A stretch of 64,000 nt of DNA from Rickettsiales bacterium (lineage in GTDB: Bacteria > Pseudomonadota > Alphaproteobacteria > Rickettsiales > RI-342). Positions 1 through 11,359 of the stretch are shown here, one piece after another. The position numbers were made by a program, and so were the translations under genes. The stretch covers positions 10,939 to 74,938 of the forward strand of contig JBIPLF010000001.1 in NCBI GenBank assembly GCA_044368015.1, read 5' to 3'. Within the stretch, counting starts at the first letter, position 1. Each line of letters begins with the position of its first letter. The notes beneath the pieces were generated by a model, which had not been told where the DNA came from, did no database searches, and worked only from the letters and a program-made list of their open reading frames with translations.

Positions 1-218
1 GTGCCAAAGGCTTTGCCAAGGCGTATCGCCATCTCGGCTGTCACCCCGGTATGCCCATGGATCAGACGGGAAATGGTTTTCCGTTCAACGCCCAACCGTT
101 CAGCAACCGCCTTGATGGTAAGATCAAGCGGCTCCATATACAGCAGCTTCAGTGATTCTCCCGGATGCGGGGGATGATGCATCACACCGTCGCAGGGGAT
201 TTCACTTGTGTTGTTCAT
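1..218 (-). CDS. higA: HigA-family antitoxin (XRE helix-turn-helix), C-terminus cut by window edge
   Basis: The reverse strand from the ATG at 218-216 reads MNNTSEIPCDGVMHHPPHPGESLKLLYMEPLDLTIKAVAERLGVERKTISRLIHGHTGVTAEMAIRLGKAFG. It is collinear with the complete HigA at 27628-27972 (PPHPG..L......G......A..LGV.R.T.SRL.HGH......MA.RL.KA). It lies directly downstream of a higB-like frame. Confidence 0.8.
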   Translation of the reverse strand, partial: MNNTSEIPCDGVMHHPPHPGESLKLLYMEPLDLTIKAVAERLGVERKTISRLIHGHTGVTAEMAIRLGKAFG

Positions 219-228
219 TGTATGCTCC

Positions 229-506
229 TCAATGGTAATCGACATAATCCACGATGCGGGCATTCTCTGCCTCAAAAGCGAAGGTAATACGCCAGTTTCC
301 GCTGACTTTGACGGCCCATAACCCTTGCTTATCTCCCTTCAACGGATGCAGATCGGCCCCCGGAAACCCCATATCTCCGACCACCCGCGCTGTATTCAAT
401 TGGTCCAGAATCAACCGCCATTTACCTGCATGCTTGGCCTGTATGCCCGCCGTTGATCCTGTTTGAAAAAACGCTCCAGCCCCTTATGTGAGAAAGAGAG
501 AATCAT
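229..506 (-). pseudogene. higB: HigB (RelE/ParE superfamily) toxin gene, split by a 1-nt frameshift in an A6/T6 run at 466-471
   Basis: One frame from the ATG at 506 gives MILSFSHKGLERFFKQ.. and then stops. The frame offset by one base continues FFQTGSTAGIQAKHAGKWRLILDQLNTARVVGDMGFPGADLHPLKGDKQGLWAVKVSGNWRITFAFEAENARIVDYVDYH. Adding one T to the run restores a 92-aa protein collinear with the intact HigB at 27985-28263. Confidence 0.75.
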
Positions 507-573
507 GGGATCAACGTACCACAGCATGGTTCATGACACAACCCCCTCTCCCCCCTTGCCGAACCCGGCATAA

Positions 574-3000
<2,427 letters not shown>

Positions 3001-3044
3001 GGGGTGGTGTGGTATAGTGCCCCGGAAATAGATCATGGGAGGGT

Positions 3045-3278
3045 ATGTTCATGCACCATCTGTCCTTGCATGTACCGGATGCTTTGAATGCGCGCCTTGC
3101 CCTGATGGCAAAGGAAACACGGTGTAGCGAGAATGATTTGATTCTCCGCGCACTGGAAGAGTATCTGGAAGATATAGCCGACGCCGTGGAAATGCGGAAC
3201 GTGCAGGCAAGCTATGGACCAGAAGACCGTATTGCTCTGGAAGAGATAGAGCGTCGATACGGGCTGCACGATGACTGA
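3045..3278 (+). CDS. Ribbon-helix-helix antitoxin (RelB/ParD-like)
   Basis: 77 aa. The N-terminal LSLHVPDALNARLALMAKETRCSENDLILRALEEYLED is RHH-like. It overlaps the downstream toxin gene by 8 nt. Confidence 0.7.
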   Translation: MFMHHLSLHVPDALNARLALMAKETRCSENDLILRALEEYLEDIADAVEMRNVQASYGPEDRIALEEIERRYGLHDD

Positions 3279-3543
3279 GTGGCGGGTTTATTTCAGCCCC
3301 CATGCCGAGAAGCAATTTGCCAAACTTGATCCGCAAACGCAGCGGCTTATCCGCGATTTTTTACGGCACCGCGTGCTGGCATCTGGCGATCCGTTGCAGT
3401 TTGGGAAAAGCTTAACCGGAAGCCTCTCCGGTATCTGGCGCTACCGCGTTGGAAAATACCGTATCTTATGCGATGTTCAACGTCAGGAGATGACCATTGA
3501 GGTGATCACCATCGCCAAGCGCGACACCGTCTATACGCGCTAG
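3271..3543 (+). CDS. RelE/ParE-family type II toxin
   Basis: 90 aa: W.V.FSPHAEKQFAKLDPQTQRLIRDFL....GDPLQFGKSLTGSLSGIWRYRVGKYRILCDVQRQEMTIEVITIAKRDTVY. This is the typical RelE/YafQ-type layout. It is translationally coupled to the upstream RHH gene. Confidence 0.8.
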   Translation: MTEWRVYFSPHAEKQFAKLDPQTQRLIRDFLRHRVLASGDPLQFGKSLTGSLSGIWRYRVGKYRILCDVQRQEMTIEVITIAKRDTVYTR

Positions 3544-3747
3544 CTATCGGGCAAGATTGGTTACCAACTCCGCCACCTGTCGCGCTCCATCATTCACCAA
3601 GTCCACCACTTGCTCCACCGCCACCGTAACGGGATTGGTTGGTTGCCCGGCCGGCCATAAATCCGCAGGGGTGCTGTCGAATTGTCTGGCAACCTCTGCT
3701 TGCCGTTCGGTTAACTTCTGACCGCCCGTGGTTTGTAATGTTTCCAT
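3544..3747 (-). CDS. Hypothetical small protein (67 aa)
   Basis: Open frame only, with no recognisable motif. It converges on the relE-like gene. Confidence 0.35.
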   Translation of the reverse strand: METLQTTGGQKLTERQAEVARQFDSTPADLWPAGQPTNPVTVAVEQVVDLVNDGARQVAELVTNLAR

Positions 3748-3914
3748 CGTTTTATCCTTTGTGAGTGATTTTCAGGCGCACCGTATCACCCCCCCCGGCA
3801 GATAAAGACCTTAACTAAACTGTCATATAAAGAGACGCATAGCTTTCCTCATGGCTTTAGATAGAGACACGCTACGCTTTGACTTTCGCGTCACTCGCGC
3901 CTAGAGTAGAGGAT

Positions 3915-4466
3915 ATGCTCAAATCGCTTCCTAATTGGCTGACCGCCTCCCGCATCATTGTGATCCCGCTGCTGGTGGTGGTGTTTTTCATCCCTCATCC
4001 TTCCACACCCTGGATCACCTGGGGATTGTTTGTGCTGGCTTCCGTCACCGATTATGTGGATGGCTGGGTGGCGCGTGCCTTTTCGGCGCACACGGCGCTG
4101 GGACGCTTCATGGACCCGGTTGCCGATAAGCTGTTGGTTGCCAGTGCCTTGCTGTTGCTGGTGAGTGAACAACGCGCCCATGTGTTGCCGTCGATTGCCA
4201 TTCTGGGGCGAGAGATTCTGGTATCGGGACTTCGGGAATTCCTCGCCGAAGTACGGGTGAGCGTGCCTGTTTCCCACCTGGCGAAAATCAAAACCAGCGT
4301 GCAGATGACCGCCATCGCCACGCTGTTTCTGGCACCGGGCCTCCCTTGGCCGGTGACCATCGGCTGGCTGGGCAACCTCATGCTGTGGGGCGCGGCGGGG
4401 CTGACCGTCGTCACCGGCTATGCCTATCTGAAAACCGGCCTCGCCCATATGAAAGAAAGTGTGTAG
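3915..4466 (+). CDS. pgsA: CDP-diacylglycerol--glycerol-3-phosphate 3-phosphatidyltransferase
   Basis: CDP-alcohol phosphatidyltransferase motif D(Y)VDGWVAR....G.FMDPVADKLLV in a polytopic hydrophobic protein. The ATG at 3915 follows GAGGA; the TTG at 3879 in the ORF track is less likely. Confidence 0.88.
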   Translation: MLKSLPNWLTASRIIVIPLLVVVFFIPHPSTPWITWGLFVLASVTDYVDGWVARAFSAHTALGRFMDPVADKLLVASALLLLVSEQRAHVLPSIAILGREILVSGLREFLAEVRVSVPVSHLAKIKTSVQMTAIATLFLAPGLPWPVTIGWLGNLMLWGAAGLTVVTGYAYLKTGLAHMKESV

Positions 4467-4470
4467 CGTT

Positions 4471-5604
4471 CTACCCCTCCACGCACTTCCCCTCTTCCAC
4501 CCGCAACCGATAGGGAGTACCGGGAATGGCATCGAACAACCCCGCTTCCGTACCGGTCAGAAAGACCTGCACGCCGAGCGCCTGCAAGGACTGAAACAGG
4601 CTGGCTCTGCGCCCTTCATCCAGATGCGCCGCCACCTCATCAAGCAACAACACCGGCAATAATCCGGAATAGGCCCCTTGCGCCCGCGCCGCCGCCAGTA
4701 GAATCGAAAGCAGCAACGCCTTCTGCTCTCCGGTGGAGCAGTGCACGGCCTGCATCCCGGTGAGCGCAAATACCGCCTGTAAATCGCTGCGATGCGGTCC
4801 CTGAAGGGTACGGCCACGCATCCGGTCGGTATCGCGATGCTGCTCCCAATGCTCAGCACAGCGCCGCTCACTTTCCAGCGCGCTGCCTGCCGCCAGCCAG
4901 CCTTCACCACCACCGATAAGCGCAAGTTCCGCCTGCGGGAATCCCCCCGTCTGTTCCACAAGCGCGGCGTTGAGCATGCGCAGCGTCTCCGCTCTGGCAT
5001 GGAGGATGGCGATACAGGCCGCCGCCATGCGTTGCTCCAGCGCAGCAAACCATCCCGCCGCGCCCCCCTGCTGCAACAGCCGGTTGCGCTCGCGCATCGC
5101 CTTTTCATAGGCGTTCACCTGCGTGGCGTGACCGGGGAAGAATCCATAGGTGATGCGATCAAAAAACCGTCGCCGCTCGCTGCTACTATCAATAAATAAC
5201 CGATCCATCTGCGGGGTCAGCCACAACAGCTGCAATGCCTTTGATAGCTCTGCCTGCTGGCGCACAGGCTTGCCATTCAACCGCACCACCCGCTGCACGC
5301 GGCCTTCCTCGCGGCCCGTGGCGATGCTGGTGGCAATCGTCGCGTCACCCTGTATCACCTCGGCATACACACTCCAGGGGGATTGATTCCCCTGCTGTTC
5401 GAGATCGGTCAATGCCGCCCCCCGCAACCCCCGCCCGGGAATCAGCAGCGACATCGCCTCCAGCACATTGGTTTTACCGGCGCCATTGGCCCCCGTCAGC
5501 ACACAGAAACGGGTGTCAGGAACGTCTAAGGCCAGCTCCGCATAGTTGCGGAAACTGGCCAGACGGAGACGCGAAAGCCTGTAGTTGCTAAGGAGTAACG
5601 ACAC
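4471..5604 (-). CDS. recF: DNA replication/repair protein RecF
   Basis: N-terminus L.RL.L.SFRNY followed by Walker A LTGANGAGKTNVLEAMS, and C-terminal LLLDEVAAHLD. The start is placed at the GTG at 5604. The longer 416-aa frame would run deep into the upstream gene. Confidence 0.88.
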   Translation of the reverse strand: MSLLLSNYRLSRLRLASFRNYAELALDVPDTRFCVLTGANGAGKTNVLEAMSLLIPGRGLRGAALTDLEQQGNQSPWSVYAEVIQGDATIATSIATGREEGRVQRVVRLNGKPVRQQAELSKALQLLWLTPQMDRLFIDSSSERRRFFDRITYGFFPGHATQVNAYEKAMRERNRLLQQGGAAGWFAALEQRMAAACIAILHARAETLRMLNAALVEQTGGFPQAELALIGGGEGWLAAGSALESERRCAEHWEQHRDTDRMRGRTLQGPHRSDLQAVFALTGMQAVHCSTGEQKALLLSILLAAARAQGAYSGLLPVLLLDEVAAHLDEGRRASLFQSLQALGVQVFLTGTEAGLFDAIPGTPYRLRVEEGKCVEG

Positions 5605-6859
5605 TGTTATAGAAGATACGCGTTTCCAGAATACTGTTCCACATATTCTTCGTGTTACCATAACCCACGATCCGCACATAGCGTCCCAGAGGTGGTACAG
5701 TAGCCATCGGGTACACCTCAAACCCTGCTTTCTGCATCGTGGTACGTTTGGCTACCAGCGACTTATAGGTAGCAAAGTTAGGATCGTTTGAGATGCGCAC
5801 CTCGAAGGTTTGGGTGCGTTCGCTGCCCTTGTACCAGGCAACATCAATGTGCGAGAGCGAATAACTCTGCCCCATATCATACTGGATCCATGCACCATTT
5901 CCTTCGCCTGACCAACGAGTATCCAGTTTTCCATCAATACTATTTGCCGGAAGGTTTGCGTCACTGGTGCTGGCCTTGACAGCTTGAACCGTGACCACTT
6001 TATCCTGATCGGGAGAAGGTGGCGGCGGAGGAGGAGGTGGTGGTGGTGGAACAACATCCCCTCCATCCAGTACAATCCGATCAAACGCAACAACGGCCTT
6101 CCCTGTACCCACTGTCCCGGATCCCTTAGCCGCCGAACCAACCCCCAGATAGGCTCCGGCCTTGAAATACATGGAGTCACTCGTCCAATAAGATACAATC
6201 AGATCCGACGCCGTATAGGTAACGCCATTATGCTGAGCCGTGACCACAATCCGACCATTCTCGGTAGCGATGGTGTAACTGAATTTCTCGTTCAACGGGA
6301 TAGAGGTTTCCGCTCCAGACGCTGATTTCAGAAAGAAGTTCTTCTCACCACCCAGACTAGACACCTCATTAGCAAAATACAACTTCCCACCTTTATAATA
6401 CAAACGGCACAGCTCCTTGTCTGCACCATGAATCTGTCCCACAATCACCCGCGCTGGATTCTCTCCCTTGGTGACGGTCGGAACTTCCTTCACCGACAAA
6501 ACAGCAGAGAGTTTCCGGCGCTGAGACACCTTCCAAGCGGCCTTCACGCCGTTGGCACTATCCACCATTTCACGCAATTCTGAACGCGGATATTTAGAGC
6601 CACCAGTGGTTGCTCCTGTCGTCGGCGCACTGAAAATCAGAGAACCATTTGACATATAATAATAAGATGGGTGCGTATAACTTTCTGATAATGGCCTTAT
6701 CTCTATAGCGGAACCAGTATTACCACCACTACGATCAATGGGCAGCGTCAACTTCCATTTATTAAGTTCACCAATCACAGAATGTGCGTGAGCGGTTGCA
6801 CCACCAAAACCTAACCCGGAAACCAGCAACACAGCAGCAGCGCGTGAAAAAAACAACAT
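5588..6859 (-). CDS. Secreted polysaccharide lyase family 7 (alginate lyase-like) with poly-Pro linker and C-terminal F5/8-type C (CBM32-like) domain
   Basis: Signal peptide MLFFSRAAAVLLVSGLGFGGATAHA. PL7 signature blocks are RSELREM, VGQIHG and YFKAGAY. A PPPPPPPPPPPSP linker is followed by a discoidin-like tail (IDGKLDTRWSGEG..W.QYD......I.V.W). GC is clearly lower than in the neighbouring genes. Confidence 0.8.
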   Translation of the reverse strand: MLFFSRAAAVLLVSGLGFGGATAHAHSVIGELNKWKLTLPIDRSGGNTGSAIEIRPLSESYTHPSYYYMSNGSLIFSAPTTGATTGGSKYPRSELREMVDSANGVKAAWKVSQRRKLSAVLSVKEVPTVTKGENPARVIVGQIHGADKELCRLYYKGGKLYFANEVSSLGGEKNFFLKSASGAETSIPLNEKFSYTIATENGRIVVTAQHNGVTYTASDLIVSYWTSDSMYFKAGAYLGVGSAAKGSGTVGTGKAVVAFDRIVLDGGDVVPPPPPPPPPPPSPDQDKVVTVQAVKASTSDANLPANSIDGKLDTRWSGEGNGAWIQYDMGQSYSLSHIDVAWYKGSERTQTFEVRISNDPNFATYKSLVAKRTTMQKAGFEVYPMATVPPLGRYVRIVGYGNTKNMWNSILETRIFYNSVVTP

Positions 6860-7257
6860 AACAGACCCTCCTTTTTTTATTCAGTGTCTCTAAAAAAGTC
6901 AGCGACACCATTCCTGAAGAAGAGACTATTCCAGAAAAGTGCATGTTTTTGTGTCAAAAAGAGGTCGCACCATTAAAAAATGCTTTATTTTCAGGTGCTT
7001 GTTACAGAAATATTACTCCTGCCAGAAACAACAGCAAAACGGCACATACTCATATCAAACAGTATGTTGAATTGGAAAAACACTGTGTAATAAGTAAAAA
7101 TCAGGTTTATTACCTGACAGCGTCACAATTTGCTTACATTTAGCCCCATTTAAAATCCCCCTACCCTGAGCAGCAGAAACGCAACTTGGTAACATAACCG
7201 TAACATGCGCACGCTAGGATGTGAGGTAGCGTATTCTAACCATAGGTTTGTCAGCCG

Positions 7258-9108
7258 GTGAGTTTAGCCAACACCCAGAAAACCCTCAAAGCCTCTGCCG
7301 CCGCGGCATCCTCGCCGCCACCAGAGGAAGGAGAGGGTACCGTCTATATCTGGACCGATGAGCTGAGCAAAATCCAGTTTCTCCGCACCGCCTATAAGGA
7401 CAAGGAATGGTCGGCGACGGTGCTCGATAACCGCGAGCCGGGCCGCGCCAAACTTCACGAGGTCGAGAAAGCGCTCAAAAAAGAAGGCTTTGCCACCGAG
7501 CGCGGCGAGGAAGATGGCGTACCTGTGCTGCATATCCGCCAGTTTGGTGAAGAATCCCGCTTGCTCGATGTGATCCAGAAAAAGGGATTGGTGGCCGGCA
7601 CCCGCCACGCACTCAAAAATGCAGGCAAGCACATCGCAGGATGGATCAAAGGTACGACGAACTTCCTGATGGAAACCATGAAAGACCCCGCCCGTGCGGT
7701 TGGACTCTTCTATCTGGTGGGGGATATCGCCCTGATTCTTGCCGGTTCCTCGCATCAGGAGGAAGCCGCCACCAGCCTGCAAGGAAAGATTCTACAAGGT
7801 CTCCAGCGTTTTGTTCCGGGACGCGAACCGGAAGAATTCCTGAAATCCATGTCCGGCTATGCCGCTACGCTGCAATCGCTGATTTTCATGACCTTCGCCC
7901 GCGAGGGAAGCGACCCCATCCGCGATGAATTGCTGGAGAAAATCAAGCGCTCCGGCATCACACTGGAGAATGCTGATTTTGAAGCCATCCGCGACACCAT
8001 GCAGCAACCGACTCACCAAGCATGGTGGAAGCGCCCACTACAGGTCTTTAAGGACTACCCTATCCAAACAGGCGCTCTGGCCCAAAGTCTGGGCCGCACC
8101 ATGTGGGGTGCCGCCGGTGTGATCGGCGAGCGCAAAATGCGCGCCCGCATTGCCGAAGAAACAGAAGTGCTGGCCCAACTGGAACAACAACCGGATACCA
8201 CGCCGGAAATGCTCGCCGCCGCCAAAGAGCGGATCGAAACATGCCAGAAACGGGCGGAAGGGTTCCATGGCGACCAATGGACAGCGCTATTTTCCATCGC
8301 CGGTTGGGGATTCCTCGCCTATCAGGGGGAAGGGCTGATTCCCTCCGCCATTCTCACGGGTGCCAGCTTACAGAGCATTCACTCTGGCATCACGCAAGGC
8401 AATAAACAACAGGTGTTCGGAGAAAGCGCCTATGTGTTCGGAGACCTGGCCATCGCCCTCACCAAAACCGAAGATTATGGCAAAGGGGCATCGGCGCTGG
8501 CGGGCTATCTAGGAGAGGCCGCCGCGAAATTCATGCAGCATTTACCCTTTGCCCTTTCCGAACCGCAACGGCAACGGCTGATTGCCGATATGGCTGCTTC
8601 CATGGCATCAGAGAGCATGCCGAAAGAAGAGCCCCTCCGGAAAGAAGAAAGTAAGACCACTGAGCCCGCCGAAAAGCCGCTAAGCAAAGAGGAATTCACC
8701 CAGCTCATCATCCGCAATGCATCGGAACATGCGCGGAACTTCCCCGACCGCTTCGCGCATCTGTGCGATCACGCCGCCCGCGTGGTGGCGCTGTTACCCA
8801 CCGAAAAACGGCAGGAGGCCGCCTCTACCCTCTCGAAATACCTCTGCGAGTCCTCTCCCGGTATTCTGGCTGACGTACCGGATGTGGAAACGCAGATAAG
8901 CAAACGCCTGAAGCTCCACGCCCACCAGCACGAGCGGAACGGAAACGGGTTAGACACCCTCCAACACGCCATCGCCGATCTGCTGGAGCATATCCCCGGC
9001 AACACCAAGCCATCGAACGCACTGGCGCTGTATGATATTCTTGTCCCCCCTCGCAGACAGGCGCTTGCGGAAGTGGCGACGGGAAGTCGCGAGCATGGGA
9101 AGGGGTAG
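7258..9108 (+). CDS. Hypothetical protein, 616 aa, with several hydrophobic segments
   Basis: Long uninterrupted frame with native-like GC. Hydrophobic stretches (AVGLFYLVGDIALILAG, WTALFSIAGWGFLAY) sit in an otherwise charged, helical-looking sequence. No family was recognised. Confidence 0.55.
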   Translation: MSLANTQKTLKASAAAASSPPPEEGEGTVYIWTDELSKIQFLRTAYKDKEWSATVLDNREPGRAKLHEVEKALKKEGFATERGEEDGVPVLHIRQFGEESRLLDVIQKKGLVAGTRHALKNAGKHIAGWIKGTTNFLMETMKDPARAVGLFYLVGDIALILAGSSHQEEAATSLQGKILQGLQRFVPGREPEEFLKSMSGYAATLQSLIFMTFAREGSDPIRDELLEKIKRSGITLENADFEAIRDTMQQPTHQAWWKRPLQVFKDYPIQTGALAQSLGRTMWGAAGVIGERKMRARIAEETEVLAQLEQQPDTTPEMLAAAKERIETCQKRAEGFHGDQWTALFSIAGWGFLAYQGEGLIPSAILTGASLQSIHSGITQGNKQQVFGESAYVFGDLAIALTKTEDYGKGASALAGYLGEAAAKFMQHLPFALSEPQRQRLIADMAASMASESMPKEEPLRKEESKTTEPAEKPLSKEEFTQLIIRNASEHARNFPDRFAHLCDHAARVVALLPTEKRQEAASTLSKYLCESSPGILADVPDVETQISKRLKLHAHQHERNGNGLDTLQHAIADLLEHIPGNTKPSNALALYDILVPPRRQALAEVATGSREHGKG

Positions 9109-9113
9109 CAAAG

Positions 9114-9204
9114 CGTCATTGCGAGGAGGTGAAGCCTCCGAAGCAATCCAGCAAAGCATCCGTTTTCTGGATTGCCGCGCTCGCGTTGCTCGCTCGCAAT
9201 GACG
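9114..9204. repeat. REP/MITE-like palindromic element, family 1 (CGTCATTGCGAGG ... CAATCCAG / CTGGATTG ... CTCGCAATGACG)
   Basis: Arms are self-complementary. Near-identical copies lie at 47423-47513 and, split, at 59876-60210. A diverged relative lies at 57593-57662. Confidence 0.8.
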
Positions 9205-9267
9205 ACGGGCCAAGGGACAGCTCTCCAGACAGATTTCCCGCAGACGTAGGACTAGGAGGGAAGTACC

Positions 9268-10107
9268 CTACCCCCGGTCCTTCGCCGCCGGATAGGTCCC
9301 CAGCACATGCACTTTCTTGCAGAAGAACCCCAGCTCCTCAATCGCCAGCTGTACGGAACGCTGGCGCGGCGATCCCTCAAACGTAATGAAAAACTGCGCC
9401 TCCTGCGATTGCCCGGCAGGGATATAGCTCTCCAGCTTGACGATATTCACGCTGTTGGTGGCAAATCCGCCCAGCGATTTATACAGCGCCGCCGGGATGT
9501 TCCGCACATGGAATAGCAAGGTGGTGAGTACGGCCTCCGTTTCGGGATCAGGATCCAACGGCTCGCGGGAGATCGCCACGAATACGGTGATGTTATCCTG
9601 CGCATCCTGCATGTTGGCTTGCAACACCTGCAAACCATAGAGTTCGCCCGCAAGCGCCGACCCTAGCGCCGCTTTGGTGGGGTCGTTCCATTTGGCGACA
9701 TCGGCAGCAGCGGCGGCGGTGTTGGAATGCGGCTCCCGCGCCACCTTCAGCGCGACGAGATGTTCGCGGCATTGCATCAACGCCTGCGGGTGGGAATAGA
9801 CCGTGGTGACGCCTTCAAGCGTCGCGCCTTTTACCCCCAGCAAATGATGCTCCACCCGCTGAAAATGCTCCGCGACAAAATGCAGCGGTGTATTGGGCAG
9901 CAGATTGTGGATTTCCGCCACCCGCCCCGCCTGCGAATTGGCGATGGGGATCAGCCCCAGCTCGGCCTCGCCGGATTCCACGGCGCGGAACACGTCTTCA
10001 AAGCTCGCGCAGGGCAAGCTGTCCATATACGGATAATACTGGCGGCAGGCCATGTCGGAATGCGCGCCGGGACGCCCCTGAAAGGCGATGATATTGGATG
10101 TTGGCAT
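9268..10107 (-). CDS. pheA: Prephenate dehydratase
   Basis: 279 aa: IAFQG.PGA.S..A......M...PC.SFEDVF.AVE.GEA..G..PI.NS.AGRV, with a C-terminal ACT-like region (TLLF.V.N.PAALYK.LG.FA...VN..KLES). Confidence 0.88.
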   Translation of the reverse strand: MPTSNIIAFQGRPGAHSDMACRQYYPYMDSLPCASFEDVFRAVESGEAELGLIPIANSQAGRVAEIHNLLPNTPLHFVAEHFQRVEHHLLGVKGATLEGVTTVYSHPQALMQCREHLVALKVAREPHSNTAAAAADVAKWNDPTKAALGSALAGELYGLQVLQANMQDAQDNITVFVAISREPLDPDPETEAVLTTLLFHVRNIPAALYKSLGGFATNSVNIVKLESYIPAGQSQEAQFFITFEGSPRQRSVQLAIEELGFFCKKVHVLGTYPAAKDRG

Positions 10108-10229
10108 AATGATGTATTAGCCTATGCAGAGGATGAAATGCAATGGGATTCCCCCCTCTTGCATCTTTGGCATCCGCATGCCACAAGGCAGATGAATCAT
10201 ATATTAGCATCTGGAATGGTGAAATCCCC

Positions 10230-11354
10230 ATGACCACCCCCTCGCTCTCTCAGGAACTGGACACGCTCTTCGCGGAACTCCAGCACCACCGTCATACGAT
10301 GGTCGGCTACCCCTGCAACCAGAATTTCGATTACTCACCGCTCTATCGGTTTCTGCAATTTTCGATCAACAATATCGGCGACCCTTTCGCCACCAGCAAT
10401 CTGCGCATCAACAGCCACGCGCTGGAACGCGAGGTGCTGAGCGAAGCCGCGAAGCTCTGGCACGCACCGGAAGGGCAGTGGTGGGGCTACATCACCAATG
10501 GCGGTACGGAAGGGAATCTTTACGGCCTCTACCTCGCCCGCGAGATGATGCCCGGTGGGATTGTCTATTTCTCTGAGGACACGCATTACAGCGTCGCCAA
10601 GATCGTGCATGTGATCGACGCCCGCTCCATCATGATCCGCAGCCAGAAAAATGGCGAGATCGACTATGACGACCTGCGCGAAACCCTTCGCATCCACCGC
10701 GACGCGCCGCCGATCATCTTCGCCAATATCGGCACCACCATGACCGGGGCGATAGACGACCTGAATAAAATCAAAGCCATGATGAAAGAGCTGGCGATTA
10801 CTCGCTATTACATCCATGCCGATGCCGCGCTGTCGGGGATGATCCTGCCCTTTGTCGAGAACCCTCCCCCTTTCGATTTCGCAGCGGGTATCGACAGCAT
10901 GAGCGTCAGCGGGCATAAATTCATCGGCTCGCCCATTCCCTGCGGCTTTGCCATGGCGAAAAAATCGCATGTGGATCGTATCGCCCGCAGCGTGGAATAT
11001 GTCGGCGCGGTGGATACCACCATCACCGGATCGCGCAACGCCATCTCCCCGCTGATGCTGTGGTATGCGTGGCGTCAGGCCGGGGTAGAAGGCTTCCGGA
11101 AACAGGTAGGGGATTGCCTGACCATGACCGACTACGCGGTGGAACGCTTCCGCAGCATTGGGGTGGCAGCATGGACCAACCCGCACGCCAACACGGTGGT
11201 GTTTCCCCGCCCCAGTCAGGCGGTGATGGATAAATGGCAGATCGCTCCCTACAAGGAAATCGCCCATGTGATCTGTATGCCGCATATCACGAAAGCCGTC
11301 ATCGACGAACTCACCGAAGATATGCGGAACAACCCGCCGGAAACAGGGAGATAA
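10230..11354 (+). CDS. hdc: PLP-dependent histidine decarboxylase (Gram-negative group II type)
   Basis: Long collinear blocks match what I recall of enterobacterial HDC: FSINN.GD, WGYITNGGTEGNLYGLYLAREM.P.G..YFSEDTHYSVAKIV, NGEIDYDDL, PIIFANIGTTMTGAIDD, HADAALSGMILPFV and SVSGHKFIGSPIPCG (PLP lysine). The ATG at 10230 is preferred over the upstream extension. Confidence 0.85.
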   Translation: MTTPSLSQELDTLFAELQHHRHTMVGYPCNQNFDYSPLYRFLQFSINNIGDPFATSNLRINSHALEREVLSEAAKLWHAPEGQWWGYITNGGTEGNLYGLYLAREMMPGGIVYFSEDTHYSVAKIVHVIDARSIMIRSQKNGEIDYDDLRETLRIHRDAPPIIFANIGTTMTGAIDDLNKIKAMMKELAITRYYIHADAALSGMILPFVENPPPFDFAAGIDSMSVSGHKFIGSPIPCGFAMAKKSHVDRIARSVEYVGAVDTTITGSRNAISPLMLWYAWRQAGVEGFRKQVGDCLTMTDYAVERFRSIGVAAWTNPHANTVVFPRPSQAVMDKWQIAPYKEIAHVICMPHITKAVIDELTEDMRNNPPETGR

Positions 11355-11359
11355 CCACC

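Noticed and set aside
5605-5721. The extended 416-aa RecF start at 5721.
   Set aside because: The extension overlaps the lyase gene by 134 nt and adds non-RecF sequence. The GTG at 5604 gives a canonical RecF N-terminus.
6943-7143. The 66-aa ORF in the AT-rich spacer between the lyase gene and the 616-aa orphan.
   Set aside because: It has no RBS and an odd composition. It lies in a probable divergent promoter region and is likely spurious.
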